64,000 bases of DNA, from contig NC_058377.1 of the NCBI RefSeq assembly GCF_018350175.1, positions 102,982,001 to 103,046,000 of the forward strand. Reading direction: 5' to 3'. Shown here in pieces: positions 12,961 through 24,744 of this stretch. The position numbers and the translations under genes were made by a program. Source of the DNA: Felis catus (taxonomy: Eukaryota). Under the pieces are notes generated by a model. It saw only the letters and a list, made by a program, of their open reading frames with translations. It was not told the origin of the DNA and made no database searches. The first letter of the stretch is position 1; each line of letters begins with the position of its first letter.

Positions 12961-13414
12961 TTTTTTTTTTTTTAATGTTTATTTATTTTTCAACGTTTAT
13001 TTATTTTTGGGACAGAGAGAGACAGAGCATGAACGGGGGAGGGGCAGAGAGAGAGGGAGACACAGAATCAGAAACAGGCTCCAGGCTCTGAGCCATCAGC
13101 CCAGAGCCCGATGCGGGGCTCGAACTCACGGACCGCGAGATCGTGACCTGGCTGAAGTCGGACGCTTAACCGACTGCACCACCCAGGCGCCCCTAATGTT
13201 TATTTATTTTTGAGAGAGACAGAGACAGAGGGTGAGTGAGGGAGTGGCAGAGAGAGAGGGACATACAGAATCAGAAGCAGGCTCCAGGCTCTGAACTGTC
13301 AGCACAGAACCTGATGTGGGGTTTCAACTCACAGACCTCATGGATCTCACGGACTATGAGACCATGACCTAAGCTGAAATCATACGCTTAAGTGACTGAG
13401 CCACCCAGGCAACC
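12961..13414 (-). mobile_element. Can-SINE B with a young SINEC_Fc-type element (about 12990-13193) nested in its tail
   Basis: Outer TSD CTCAAGGTAATTCT; inner TSD TAATGTTTATTTATTTT; inner copy keeps its CpGs. Confidence 0.9.
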
Positions 13415-13813
13415 CTCAAGGTAATTCTTAAGAGAATGAATGTCCGAGAACCATATCTCTATACTATGTACAAAAATCATGGTTATTTTGAGTTTTAGTA
13501 ATTACAAATGTAATTCTGGTATCACACACTTATGAGATTCACCTGCAAATCACTTTAGACCAATGTAGTGTGGGATCTCAAAGTATCTAGGCTTGTAATC
13601 TTCGTTTTAAGATAGAAGCACCATCCTCTTTCTGGTAAAAGATATCCAATTTTTGTCCTATGCAATCACAATCCCAAAGCATGAACAAAACTAGTCTCGT
13701 TTGGGAGGGAACTACTCAGAGAAATGAAAGACAAGAAAGAATTAAAAAAATATATTCTTAGATACTAGAAGTCCAAGAGAAGTGTTGTCATATGGTTTGC
13801 ATGCTATTTCTAT

Positions 13814-14758
13814 TTAGTAGGCTAAACCCAATGAAGACTTTGCTTTTCCAACCACCTTCTGAAATGCACCCTTGACCTCTTTGTTCCTTAGGCTGTAGAC
13901 CAAAGGGTTCAGCATGGGGATGACCATGGTGTAGAACACGGATGCCATTTTGTCTGTGTCCATGGAATGACTAGAACTTGGCTGTAAGTACGTGAAGATG
14001 ATTGTCCCGTAGAAGATGGAAACAGTGGTAAGGTGGGATGCACAGGTGGAGAAAGCCTTCTTCTGCACCTGAGCTGAGCGCATCCTCAGGATAGCAATAA
14101 AAATGAACAGATAAGAGTTCAAGATAACCAAGAGGGTGAAAAAGACATTGAATGCTGCCAGTGTGAAGAGCACAATCTCATTCATGTAGATATCAGAGCA
14201 AGAGAGAGACAGCATTGGGGGAATGTCACAGAAAAAGTGATTAATTACATTGGAATGACAGAAAGAGAGGTGGAAAGTGAAAACAACATGGATGGAAGAC
14301 TGCAAGAGTCCACAGATGTAGGATCCAGTGGCCAGTAAGGTACACATAGCACTTGTCATGGTGGTGGTGTAACGCAAAGGTTTGCACACGGCTGCATGGC
14401 GGTCAAAGGCCATTGAGGCCAGAAGGAAACTTTCAATAGTGGCAAAGGCTGAGAAGAAGAACATCTGTGCAGCACATGCATTGTAGGATATGATCTTATC
14501 TCCTGTGAGAAACCCCACCATTACCTTGGGAGTGACAGCCGAGGCATAAACGCAGTCCACGAGGGAGAGGTTGCTGAGGAAGAAGTACATGGGAGTGTGG
14601 AGACGAGAGTCCAACAGAATCAACACGATCATTCCAACGTTCCCAACCAGAATGATGAGGTAAATGATAGTGAAGATGGTAAACAAAGGGACCTGCATCT
14701 CCAGGGCATCTGTGAGCCCCACAAGAATGAATTCCACCACCTCTGAAATGTTCTCCAT
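13814..14758 (-). CDS. Olfactory receptor, family 5 subfamily B-like, intact 314 aa (OR5B gene 1)
   Basis: MENIS start with N-glycan site, [73 protein letters not shown]; acceptor AG at 14789-14788 makes the upstream ATG intronic. Confidence 0.93.
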   Translation of the reverse strand: MENISEVVEFILVGLTDALEMQVPLFTIFTIIYLIILVGNVGMIVLILLDSRLHTPMYFFLSNLSLVDCVYASAVTPKVMVGFLTGDKIISYNACAAQMFFFSAFATIESFLLASMAFDRHAAVCKPLRYTTTMTSAMCTLLATGSYICGLLQSSIHVVFTFHLSFCHSNVINHFFCDIPPMLSLSCSDIYMNEIVLFTLAAFNVFFTLLVILNSYLFIFIAILRMRSAQVQKKAFSTCASHLTTVSIFYGTIIFTYLQPSSSHSMDTDKMASVFYTMVIPMLNPLVYSLRNKEVKGAFQKVVGKAKSSLGLAY

Positions 14759-16059
14759 CAAAGTCCTTTGGGAATCACGAGAGGCGTCTATGACAAGATG
14801 AGCAAACACAAGATAATGGCTGTTGGTCATTCACTGACTGTGAATGGTGTCTCTGGCCCACGTGTGTCAGCTTTCTGTCAAAGGCAGGAACCCACAGGCA
14901 GCAAGCTGGACTGCACACTGGGTGGGGGTGAGTTGAGCGAAGCCGTTCATCTAGAAGTTATGTGGAAGGACACTGACATGTCCTTGCTGATGGCCGCCAT
15001 AGAGGACGGTGTTATGACTCTGGAGGCACATTTCAGCTTGTCTGTTGTACGGCATCCTCTATTACACTAAACCAACAGGACTCTCACTACTTGCCGTATC
15101 TTGCAAGCACTCTTATTCCAAGTTCGTGAAAGCTTAATCAACAAAAAGGAAGAGAAAAGAAACATTTTGTCAGTCACTGGTATATGCAATGGCAAGCCTC
15201 ATCAAACACACTTCTTCTCTCTGCGGGATCCTTCACTGACTTGTTCATAATGGCTGAAGATGTACAGTGATTTGGGATCCTGCTTTAGGGACACCCACTC
15301 TTCACTTTCTAATTCATGAGGGTCCTCACTTGGCTGCTCCACTTCAACCGTTGGCCCCTGAGGGAAACGTCATGATTTCTGGCACATGCTTAGTGATATT
15401 GGTGTCTTTCAGTAACTCTAAAAAAGAAGTAACAGTTTTTCAAAAGGTTGAAGCAAAACTTTCGTTGTTTTCTATGTCACGGTCCTTATTTTTCTCCTAG
15501 GTTGATGTTTTCCATCTCTGACCACCATTGATGTCTTTGCTTTATTCGTGGAAGGGAGAGTGTGGGGGAGGTGAAAGTGTTACTTTCATTTTCGCCTAGG
15601 GACTTTGTACCATTGACCAAGCCGTGGGTGTCCATCCATGTTATCTGTGTGTCTGGTTGTCCTCACCTCCAGTGGCAGTTTAGCTAACAGCTTACTGTGG
15701 TTGCCATGATTACAGTATGAGAAGCCCTCTCAACCCCAGAGACCCTTCTGACTCTGGAATCCATCACATACATTTCTCCTAGATTAAAAATCCTTCATAT
15801 TGAAGGAAGGACATGATACAGCCCCGTCTTTAAGAATAATCTAGTGGGAGAGATCTATTATCCCAAAGATATGTTCATCAGAACGTATTTCTAAAGTAGA
15901 GGTTATGTATGCCCAGGGCACTTTGGAAGTAGATATACTTCCAAGATATATGGTAAGCCCAACACAGACTCTCAGGAAACCTCTCTGGAGATGATTACAC
16001 CTGAGTTGTGGTTTTGGAGATTCCAGACATATGAGAATTATTAGTTAGTATAATAGCAA

Positions 16060-16290
16060 TACTTCTGTAGTACTTACTTTGTGTCAGGAAACCGTTCTAA
16101 GCCGTTCACATATATTAACGCATTGAGTACATTTAGCAACTCTGGGAGGCAAGCTCTATTATTACTCGCTTTGTACTTCAAAAGGAACTGAGGCTTAAAG
16201 AAGTAAGTTACTTGCCTAAGTAACAAATCTGGTAGTATGCTTGGGGATTTGAACTCAGGCAATATTGTCTAAAATCCATAACATTAAGCA
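16060..16290 (-). mobile_element. MIR
   Basis: GGAACTGAGGCTTAAAGAAGTAAGTTACTTGCCTAAG...GGGATTTGAACTCAGG core. Confidence 0.75.
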
Positions 16291-16658
16291 ACTTTTTCAA
16301 AATAGTGGGTCGAGTTAATCAAACTTCCTGTATTTGAGGTTCCTGATCTTTCAGGTGGGAATGATAACAATTTTCATCCTTTGAGGCAGATGAATAGAAT
16401 TACTTAGATCATGCAAAAACACTTAAAATAACGTCAGTTACACAGCAAGAACTCAAGTAATTCAAGCTGTCTCCTCCACTATTAGTATACCAGGCAGAAG
16501 AAACATCATGGACAAAAGTATGAAGCTCAATAGTATAAATAGACTCACTCAATAGTATAAATAGACAATTATAGGCAGATAGGTCTTAGTAATTAGCAAA
16601 ATCCATGGCACAATCAAAATCTCAATTAGGGATTGATGTGCAAAAGTAATTGGTAGAA

Positions 16659-16847
16659 AAAAAAAGAGGTTAGAGAGGGAGGGAGCCACAGCATAAGAGA
16701 CTCTTAAAAACTGAGAACAAACTGAGGGTTGATGGGGGGTGGGAGGGAGGGGGGGTGGGTGATGGGCATTGAGGAGGGCACCTTTTGGGATGAGCACTGG
16801 GTGTTGTATGGAAACCAATTTGACAATAAATTTCATATTTAAAAAAA
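16659..16847 (+). mobile_element. 5'-truncated young L1 (3'UTR only)
   Basis: Near-identical to the 3'UTR of the full-length L1; TSD AAAAGTAATTGGTAGAA. Confidence 0.92.
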
Positions 16848-18799
16848 AGTAATTGGTAGAACTCTAAAGGAAAGAGAGGGAAAAATGTGTTAGGTTATAG
16901 ACATATTATAACCCTTAAGAAGAAGAGCCTAAGGTGACTATTTACACCAAGTAGAATAGATAAAATGTTACTCAGTGATTAGCACCCTGGATGGGATGTG
17001 ACCTTGGGAACATTACTTAAACTCTGCAAACCTCAGTTCATTTTCTGTGAAACACCCAGTTCATGTAGTTCCCAATGTATCTATTTTATACAGCTGAAAA
17101 GATGAAATTAAGTGATTTAGGGAGCCCTACTAACATGATGCCTGGCTCATGCCAAGTATACAGTGTTAATTCCCTTTTGTTCTCCCTCCCCCCCAAAAGC
17201 TGGCTTTGCACAGAAGCCACCTCTGTACCAGCAGCTGGTATTACAAAATGAATGACTCGATTCCTGACTTTTTAAAGGCACAGAGTCAGCCGGCTCTGGA
17301 AATTATCCCCCAAAAGTGACAAGTGTTTTTATAAAAGTGTGTATGAAGTATTACAGAATGATCATGGAAGTGCCCAGAATATGCCAGAACACCCTACTGA
17401 TGATGAAGTTACTTGCTCCCAAGAATGGTTCCTCAATTTCTCAATGTCTGTGCTTGTTAGAGTTGCCAGATTTGGCCCAAATGTACAAACATGAGAATCC
17501 GATTACATTTATCTTGAAAAAAGTTAATTTCTGTATCCCATTGATGTACCAAGAATGGCCAACATCTTGAGCAAATTCCATATCTATACTGTCTATAGGT
17601 ACAAATAGAACACAAAACAGCTCTTTTTGATCCGGGAGTTTGAGGTGTAGGGGTGTGGGTATGATTGTACCACAAATACAAGCCCAATTCTGATTCTAGT
17701 TCTGTTGAACATCAGTTGGGTATAGATCCGCTGCTGGCTGTATCTTCTTAATTCACAAGATGCAAAACCCTGTGCCTCTCCCTTGCAGGCTACTCTCCTG
17801 CTCTGATGTGACAGGAAACACGGAAGTTTTTTGAAAAGCATAAAAGATGCTAACATTTCAGTCAAGCCATCTGAGTCATAACCTTCCATTGTCTATCTCA
17901 TCTCTCAGTTCCTGAGGGAAATTCAGCCAATAATATTGAAAGTTCCAACTTTGATGCTAAAAGAAATGACTCTTCACTCGAGATGCCCAAACAGATGTTG
18001 AAATTCTACAACTCCTGAGATTCAGAAAGGGAGCTATGATATTTGCACTGCTACTCTTCTAGCATGTTCTAAATAAGAGAGATCAGGAGGCACGGTCTCC
18101 CTTTATGACTCTATGACCTCAATCATTCATTCAAGATATCCGATTGCAATCAGTGGAAAGAATGGTGAGCTATAGCTAACGAGGGGTCTATGATCGAGCC
18201 ATTTCACCTCTTTGGGCTTTGTTTTCCTCATTTGTGAAATTAACACGATGGGATCTCCTACAGCCCCTTTTCATTCTAATTGGTTATGGTTGTGTGTTTT
18301 CTTGTTACTTACTTTTGCTCTGGGAACAAAGGAGGGTGCAAGGCAGGGAGTATGGAAAACCTTCGTGGCCACACTCTTGACCAGAAGTCCACATCCAGGA
18401 AAGCATCATGCTGGAGAAGCTCCTTCCCTACCTGTGGAGCGCTGTGTTCTAGAACATCACTTGGGCTTGTGCTCCTACAAATACCAGGGCCAAGTCAATG
18501 ACCTTTTCACCCCATAAATCACAGGGGGACATTTAGTGTCATGAGAGTGGATATCTCAGGAGGCTCCAGATCCAGCGTTGGTCCTGAACCTAATAGGAGC
18601 CATCAGATAATGTCTGTGTGTATTTGAGCTGAGAGTGCTTTTGAAGACACGGGGGAATGAAAGCTTAAGGAGAGGAGCCCCCAGTCAGCAAATCAGCGGT
18701 GCCACAGCCACGCCAGGCAACAAAAATAAAAACCTCACTAAAATCTTGGCTTAGGTGACGTCAGGACTCTCACGCAGGCTTTCTCATAGCTACATCTTT

Positions 18800-18997
18800 G
18801 GTTTTTAAGTTTATTTATTTTTGAGAGAGAGAAAGTGTGAGTGGGGGAGGGGCAGAAAGAGAGGGGAGAGAGAGAATCCCAAGCAGGCTCTGCACTGTCT
18901 GAGCACAGCCTGACTCGGGGCTCGAACACACGGACTGTGAACTCATAACCTGATCTGAAGTCAGACACTTAACCAACTGAGCCACCCAGGCATACCA
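18800..18997 (-). mobile_element. Can-SINE
   Basis: SINEC body; TSD ATAGCTACAT. Confidence 0.9.
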
Positions 18998-19417
18998 ATA
19001 GCTACATTTTTCTGAAGGGCCTACAATCGTCCCTAAGAATTTTTTTTTAAACAAAATACCGATTTTTCTTACCAGTGCAGAGCTGTTTTGGGGATATTTA
19101 GGGGGATTTCCCTCCCTGTGTTTAGAACTAAGGATATGGATCCATTCTTTCCCCCACATAGTCATCTGTAACCACAAACACCAGGCGGAATTATCTCTCC
19201 TTTATCAATGCAGTCCAGTTTAGCTGCTGCCAAGTTTCAGCTGAGCAGTCATGGGGCTTCAAGTTCTGGTTCGGTTGCAGGGTGACCTTGGCCAAGGTAT
19301 TCAGTCTTTCAAAGCTTCAAAGTATCACCTATAAAAACAAGGATAATACTATACATCCCTCATAGGACAGTCCTAAAGATTAAATGAGATGTCTAGCACA
19401 TATCAAGAGATCAATTT

Positions 19418-19638
19418 AGGGCTCCTGGGTGGCTCAGTCGGTTAAGCGTCCAACTTCCGGTTTCAGCTCAGGTCATGATCTCCTGGTTTGTGAGTTCGAG
19501 CCCCACCTTGGGCTCTGTGCTGACAGTGAGGAAACCTGCTTGGGATTCTATCTCTCTCCTTCTCTCTCTGCCCCTCCCCTGTTCTCTCTCTCTCTCTCTC
19601 AAAATAAGTAAACAAACTTAAAAAACATTAAAAAAAGA
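19418..19638 (+). mobile_element. Can-SINE
   Basis: GGGCTCCTGGGTGGCTCAGTCGGTTAAGCG head, CT tract, A tail. Confidence 0.9.
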
Positions 19639-19724
19639 GATCGATCAATTTAAGTGTTACTATTTTATCATCAGTAAGCAATGATACATTCCGTGGCACG
19701 AAATTAGCAGTACACAAACATTAC

Positions 19725-20102
19725 ATCTGTTCCCCACACTTCCTTGCCCCCCCTGCAGCTAGGTGGAGCCATGAGCTAGTTCTACATATCGGCCTGGAGA
19801 AGAAGTATGATGTGTGTCATTCCTGGGTTGAAGTATAGACAAGCCAGTGCACAAGTATGTAATGCCTCCCACCTACCATGGTGGCCGAGGAGGCAGCATG
19901 TTCCAGAAAAGGTAGCTACAGATGGCAAAGCCTCCATTGGCCCGGGTGTTTGAATGAACACATGCAGAGAGACTTCTTTTCTGGATAACCTGTGACGCAC
20001 ACGTAATAGCAGAAGTAAGAAATAAATCTTTGCTGTGTTAAATCGCTGGACTTGGGGGCCTATTTTCTACCATATGTCACATGGTCTATCCTGCCTAACA
20101 CA
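19725..20102 (+). mobile_element. Old MaLR LTR (MLT1H/J-like)
   Basis: CTGCAGCTAGGTGGAGCCATG...AAATAAATCTTTGCTGTGTTAA...CTATCCTGCCTAACACA. Confidence 0.6.
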
Positions 20103-20193
20103 ACATATAATAAACTATTCGTGTTTTGTTGTCTACGTGTCTTTCTTTTTAATGGATCCTTGAATACTAGTCCCCTTATCATTTATTACCTCC

Positions 20194-20397
20194 TTTTTAA
20201 ATGTTTTTTCATTTATTTTGAGAGAGATAATGAACATGTGAATTGGGGTGGGGCAGAGAGAGAGAGAGAGGGAGAGAATCTCAAGTAAACTTCATGCTTA
20301 GCACAGAGCCCGACATGGGGCTCGAACCCACGAACTGTGAGCTCATGACCTGAGCTGAAATTGAGTTGGACACTTAACTGACTGAGCCACCCAGGAT
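20194..20397 (-). mobile_element. Can-SINE
   Basis: SINEC head and (GA)n tract. Confidence 0.88.
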
Positions 20398-22260
20398 ATA
20401 TTTTATGTATGCATTCATCTCCTGATGGACAGTTGCATTGTTTCCATTTTTTGGCTGTTGTGATTAATGTTGCAATGAACATTGGAATACAAGTATCTGA
20501 GTACCTGTTTTCAATTTTGGGGAATATATGCCTATGAATAGAATTTCTAAGTCATAGTATTTGTATGTTTTATATTTTGGGGACATATCAAATGGTTTTC
20601 CACAGTGACTGTTCCAACTTCTCCACATCCTCAACACTTATTGTTTTCTTTAAAAAATATATAGTCTTGGGGCACCTGGGTGGCTCAGTCGGTGAAACGT
20701 CCGACTTCAACTCAGATCACGATCTTGCGGTTCGCCAGTTCAAGCCCTGCATCGGGCTCTGCGCTGACAGCTCGGGCCTGGAGCCTGCTTCGGGTTCTGT
20801 GTCTCCCTTGCTCTCTGCCCCTCCCCCACTCACACTCTGTCTTTCTCAAAAATAAACATTAAAAAATTAAAAATATATATATGGTCTTAAAAAACATAGC
20901 CTTTCTAGCGTGTGTAAGGTAGTATCTCACTGTGATTTTGATTTACATTTCTTTTTTAAAAATTTACATTTCTTGGGGCGCCTGGGTGGCTCAGTTAAGC
21001 GTCCGACTTCAGCCAGGTCACGATCTCGCGGTCCGTGAGTTCGAGCCCCGCTTCGGGCTCTGGGCTGATGGCTCAGAGCCTGGAGCCTGCTTCCGATTCT
21101 GTGTCTCCCTCTCTCTCTGCCCCTCCCCGTTCATGCTCTGTCTCTCTCTGTCCCAAAAATAAATAAATGCTGAAAAAAAAAATTTTTTTTTAAATTTACA
21201 TTTCTTAATGTATTTAAATATCAATCTTAATTAATGATTTTGAACATCCCTTCATGTGCTTATTGATTATTTGTGTATCTTTTTTGGAGAAATGTATATT
21301 AAAGTCTTTTATCTATTTTTAAATTGTGTTCTTTGTTTTTTTATTATTGAGTCGTATGAGCTCTTTATACATTCTAAATATCAAATCTTTATCTGACGTG
21401 TGATTTGCAAATATATTTCCCATCCTGTGGATTGTTTTCTCACTTTCTTGGTGTTTTTGATATTCAACTTTTTTTTTTTATTTTGATGACGTTTTATTAC
21501 TTTACTTGTTCTTATTGCTTAAGCTTTTGATGTCATATTTAAAAACCTGTAGTTAAATCTCAAGTCGTGAAAATTTAACCCTATGTTTTCCTTTAAAAAT
21601 GTATGGGTTAGCTTTTATATTAGGTCATTGATCCATTTTGAGTTCCCTTTTTGTATATAATGTGAAGTAAGGATACAACTTTTATTTTTTATGTATGAAA
21701 ATCAAGTTGTCTCATATCATTTGCTGAAAGGCTGTTCTTTCCACCTTCAATGGGCTTGTCATCCCGGCAAAAATCAATTGGCTGCATATATATGGGTGTA
21801 TTTCTGAACTCTCAATTCTACTCCATTGATTGGTTAGTCTATCTTTTTTTAACTAATTTTTTTAAATTCAAGTTAGTGAACATACAGTGCAGTATTGGTT
21901 TCAGGAGTGGAACCCAGTGACCCATCACTTACATCAGTACCACGCTGTTTTCATCACTATAAATTTGTAGTGAGTTTTAAAATCAAGAAGTGTGATTTCT
22001 CTGACTTCGTTTTCCAAGATTGCTTTGGCAATTTTGAGCCCTTTCCAATTCCACATGAATTTTAAGATTGGCAGTTTAGTGTTGGCCAAAAAAGGCTACT
22101 GGAATTTTGAAAGGAATTCTGTGTAATTTCTGGATCACTTTGGGTCGCAGGGATGTCGTAAACTAAAACTGAAGTTTCCTTCTCATGAACGTGGGATATC
22201 TTTCAACTTATTTGGGTCTTGTTTAATTTCGTTCTGCATTATTTGATAGTTACTTCAACT
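20398..22260 (-). mobile_element. Old L1M ORF2 3' fragment carrying two + strand Can-SINEs (about 20669-20872 and 20974-21191)
   Basis: Degenerate L1 ORF2 text; SINE TSDs AAAATATATA(..)GTCTT and AAATTTACATTTCTT. Confidence 0.8.
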
Positions 22261-22424
22261 GCACGGACAGTGCACAAGCACCTGCAGCTGAGATCCTGGA
22301 GCCTCCCTTGCCACGGTAATGCCCACACACCTGACCCCAGATCTGTGTTTGTGCCTTCCTCACACACCAGCCGCAAGGCTGTTCTATGAGCACCCATACC
22401 TAAAACACCAGCACTACCTGTACC

Positions 22425-23175
22425 CGAAGGTCCATCAAGTGATGAGTGAATAAGCGAAGTGTGGTTTATGCTTGCAAAGGAGTATTTCTAGGCAACAAAA
22501 AGGAATGAAGTACCAGTACTTGCTACAATATGAATAAACCTCAAAACCATCATGACAAGTGGAAGAGGTCGGTCAAAAATGATCCCATTACGATGTAATG
22601 GATGATGGGAATATATAGACTAAGCCAATCTACAGAGACAGAAAGTAAATTGGTGGTTTCCTAGAGCTGGTGGGAGGTTGCAGAACAATGGACCTTGACT
22701 GATGGTTGGGTATGTAGTTTCTTTGTGAGGTGACGGAAGTCTTCAACAATTAACCAGGGTGACGATTGGACAAGTTTGTAAAAGTACTAAACACCAGCGC
22801 ATTGCATACTTTGGTACGTTTTGTGGTATGTAAGTTACATCTCAATAAAGAACTTTATGACAAGGAACCTACTACTGATACAGGCAAGGAAATGCGTGCA
22901 TCTTAATTGCATTATGCTAAGTGAAAGAGGCCAGACTCAAGAGGTTGCATGTTGTATTTGAAAAGCAAAACTATATGGGGGAGTCAGCAGATCAGAGGTT
23001 ATGAGAAGCTGGGGGATGAGAGGGGTTAACCATAAAGGAAGCAGGAGACAATTTCGGATGAATGGGACTGTTTTGTATACTGATCTGGGTGATGTACTGT
23101 ACACATTTATCCAAACTCTCAGGAACGAGCATACTGAAATGTATGAACTTTATTTTATAGAACTTATGACAATGT
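22425..23175 (+). mobile_element. Two tandem old L1M 3' ends
   Basis: GTCCATCAAGTGATGAGTGAATAAG...GAGACAGAAAGTAAATTGGTGG...CTCAATAAAG, then ATGCTAAGTGAAAGAGGCCAGACTCAA. Confidence 0.7.
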
Positions 23176-23430
23176 AAGCCAAATATATCTGTGTGCTCTT
23201 TTAACAACTCAAGCAAAGTCCCTAGACTCAGTTAAGTTTCTTCTGTAGATAGATTGGATGAGGACCTCTGGATGTTCCCAAAGGGGTCCTGTTCCTCTGA
23301 GAACGCCAGGTCTCTAAAAGTCTCTACCCAGTCATTAGCCTCTGAAATCCCAACATGGTCCCACATGATATCACTGTAGAGGGACTGGACTGTGTGCAGA
23401 GCCCCTTTGGTCATTAATTTGCAATTAGGT
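23175..23430 (+). promoter_or_regulatory. Orphan inverted copy of the OR5B promoter core
   Basis: Reverse complement aligns by eye with 62610-62855, 50100-50335 and about 28900-29125 (CCTCTACAGTGATATCATGTGGGACCATGTTGGGATTTCAGAGGCTAATG vs CCTCTACAATGATGTCATGTGGAGTCATCTTGGGATTTCATTGGCTAATG). Confidence 0.7.
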
Positions 23431-24044
23431 ATAATCTAACTTAATATGTGCAATACTAGAATGTAGAAAATGAAAAATGCCAATGAAAAGAATCAAGTAA
23501 AGGTTATACGGGAGGAGAGGAAGATCATGTTCATGGGTTAGGAGACTTTAATATGCCAATTTCCTCATGCTGATTTACAGGTTCAACTTAATCTCAATCA
23601 AAATGTGAGGAAGAATTTTGGAAATATTAGTAAGCTGATTGAAAAATTTATAGAAAGAGGTAAATCTACTAGAATACTTAAAGTAGTATTTAAAAAGAAT
23701 AAAGTTGAAATATACTCCTTACCTGATTTCATGACTTACTCTAAAGCTCTATTGAGAAAGTATATATACTTTGTGTGATTTAGTAGGTAGAATTAATTTC
23801 ATGTATTCTTTGCCATTTCATGAGATAATTTTAATTTAAAAGATGTTATATATTATCCATCTGGCAATATAGTTTTGAAAACATGACTTTTTCCAAAAGT
23901 GGGGAATATAAGTAGTGAGTGAGAAAATAGAAGAAAAACTAGTTATGTCTCATAAAATGTTCTAAAATTCTTTTCTAAAGAATTATATAATAGGTAATGA
24001 GCCATATTATCAAATATATCGACTGTTGGGCTCAGAGTTTAATT

Positions 24045-24480
24045 AATTGATTGAGTAATTTAACAAATGTTTACTGAGAAATTAGTGTGAAACAGGCTGT
24101 ATGTTGAGGATGAAGTTGTTAGTAGCGAAGACAAAGGTACCCTTCTTAGGCAGTGTACATTCTAGAAAGGTAAGTGAATAAAAAAGGGACAAATAAATAG
24201 AAATAGCTGAGTACTGATTAGAACTATGATGGATTAAGTAAGTTGGGAACAGTGTCCATAGGGGTGGGGTGACTATGGTACAGTAAAATTTAAGGAAAGA
24301 CCTGAGGGAAGTGAGGGAGCTTTCTGAGCATTGGCGACAGCATGTACAAAGGCCCTGAGGCAGGAATGAGTTTGGATTGTCCGGGGACAGTAGGGAGCTC
24401 AGTGTGAGGGAGGAGGACGGAGGAAGTAGGAAAGAAGCAGGACATGACGTAGCTCATAGGAAACTAAAGTATCCCTGTGT
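24045..24480 (-). mobile_element. L2 3' fragment
   Basis: TTTAACAAATGTTTACTGAG and ACAGCATGTACAAAGGCCCTGAGGCAGGAATGAG L2 signatures. Confidence 0.7.
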
Positions 24481-24744
24481 GAGAGACACGAGCCATTTCA
24501 TAGTATTTCCAGAGAGAAAAATAGCTAACATTATCACTACTCAGTGCATGTATCTTACACAGTTGGGGTTCTTACAGAAAAATTGAGAAACTGCTCTATT
24601 ATCATTTGATCCCCTTTTCTGATACTCTGGTCTTCTTGCATTTGAAAGTTATCATGTCACCATACTTCTTCTACCAAACGACTTTCTGAAGACATAAAGA
24701 TGAACTCCTTCAAGATTTTACAGATATATAGCTCTGAAAAAAAA

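Larger units (their letters stand above)
11930..13455. mobile_element. Cluster of MER5A-like hAT fragments; the last one is split by three SINEs
   Basis: Repeated MER5 motifs (GTTGAGAACTACTG, GGTTTTCAAAC, TTGAACCACTG, GAATTCTGCATTTCAACA...GGTAATTCT...GAGAACCA). Confidence 0.6.

Noticed and set aside
14759-14830. N-terminal extensions of OR5B ORFs in the track (also 46104-46151 and 59707-59724)
   Set aside because: Genes 1 and 3 cross conserved splice acceptors; genes 3 and 4 start at TTG. The M-x-N-x-S/T start is the canonical one.
16526-16566. Short direct repeats (19-mer here; also near 9969-10007 and 55962-55997)
   Set aside because: Two-copy local duplications with no array or spacer structure; not CRISPR-like.
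23232-23414. Similar peptides from 23232-23414 and 62610-62801 as a micro-protein family
   Set aside because: The similarity is at DNA level in a promoter module; the frame is not preserved in the 29 kb and 50 kb copies.
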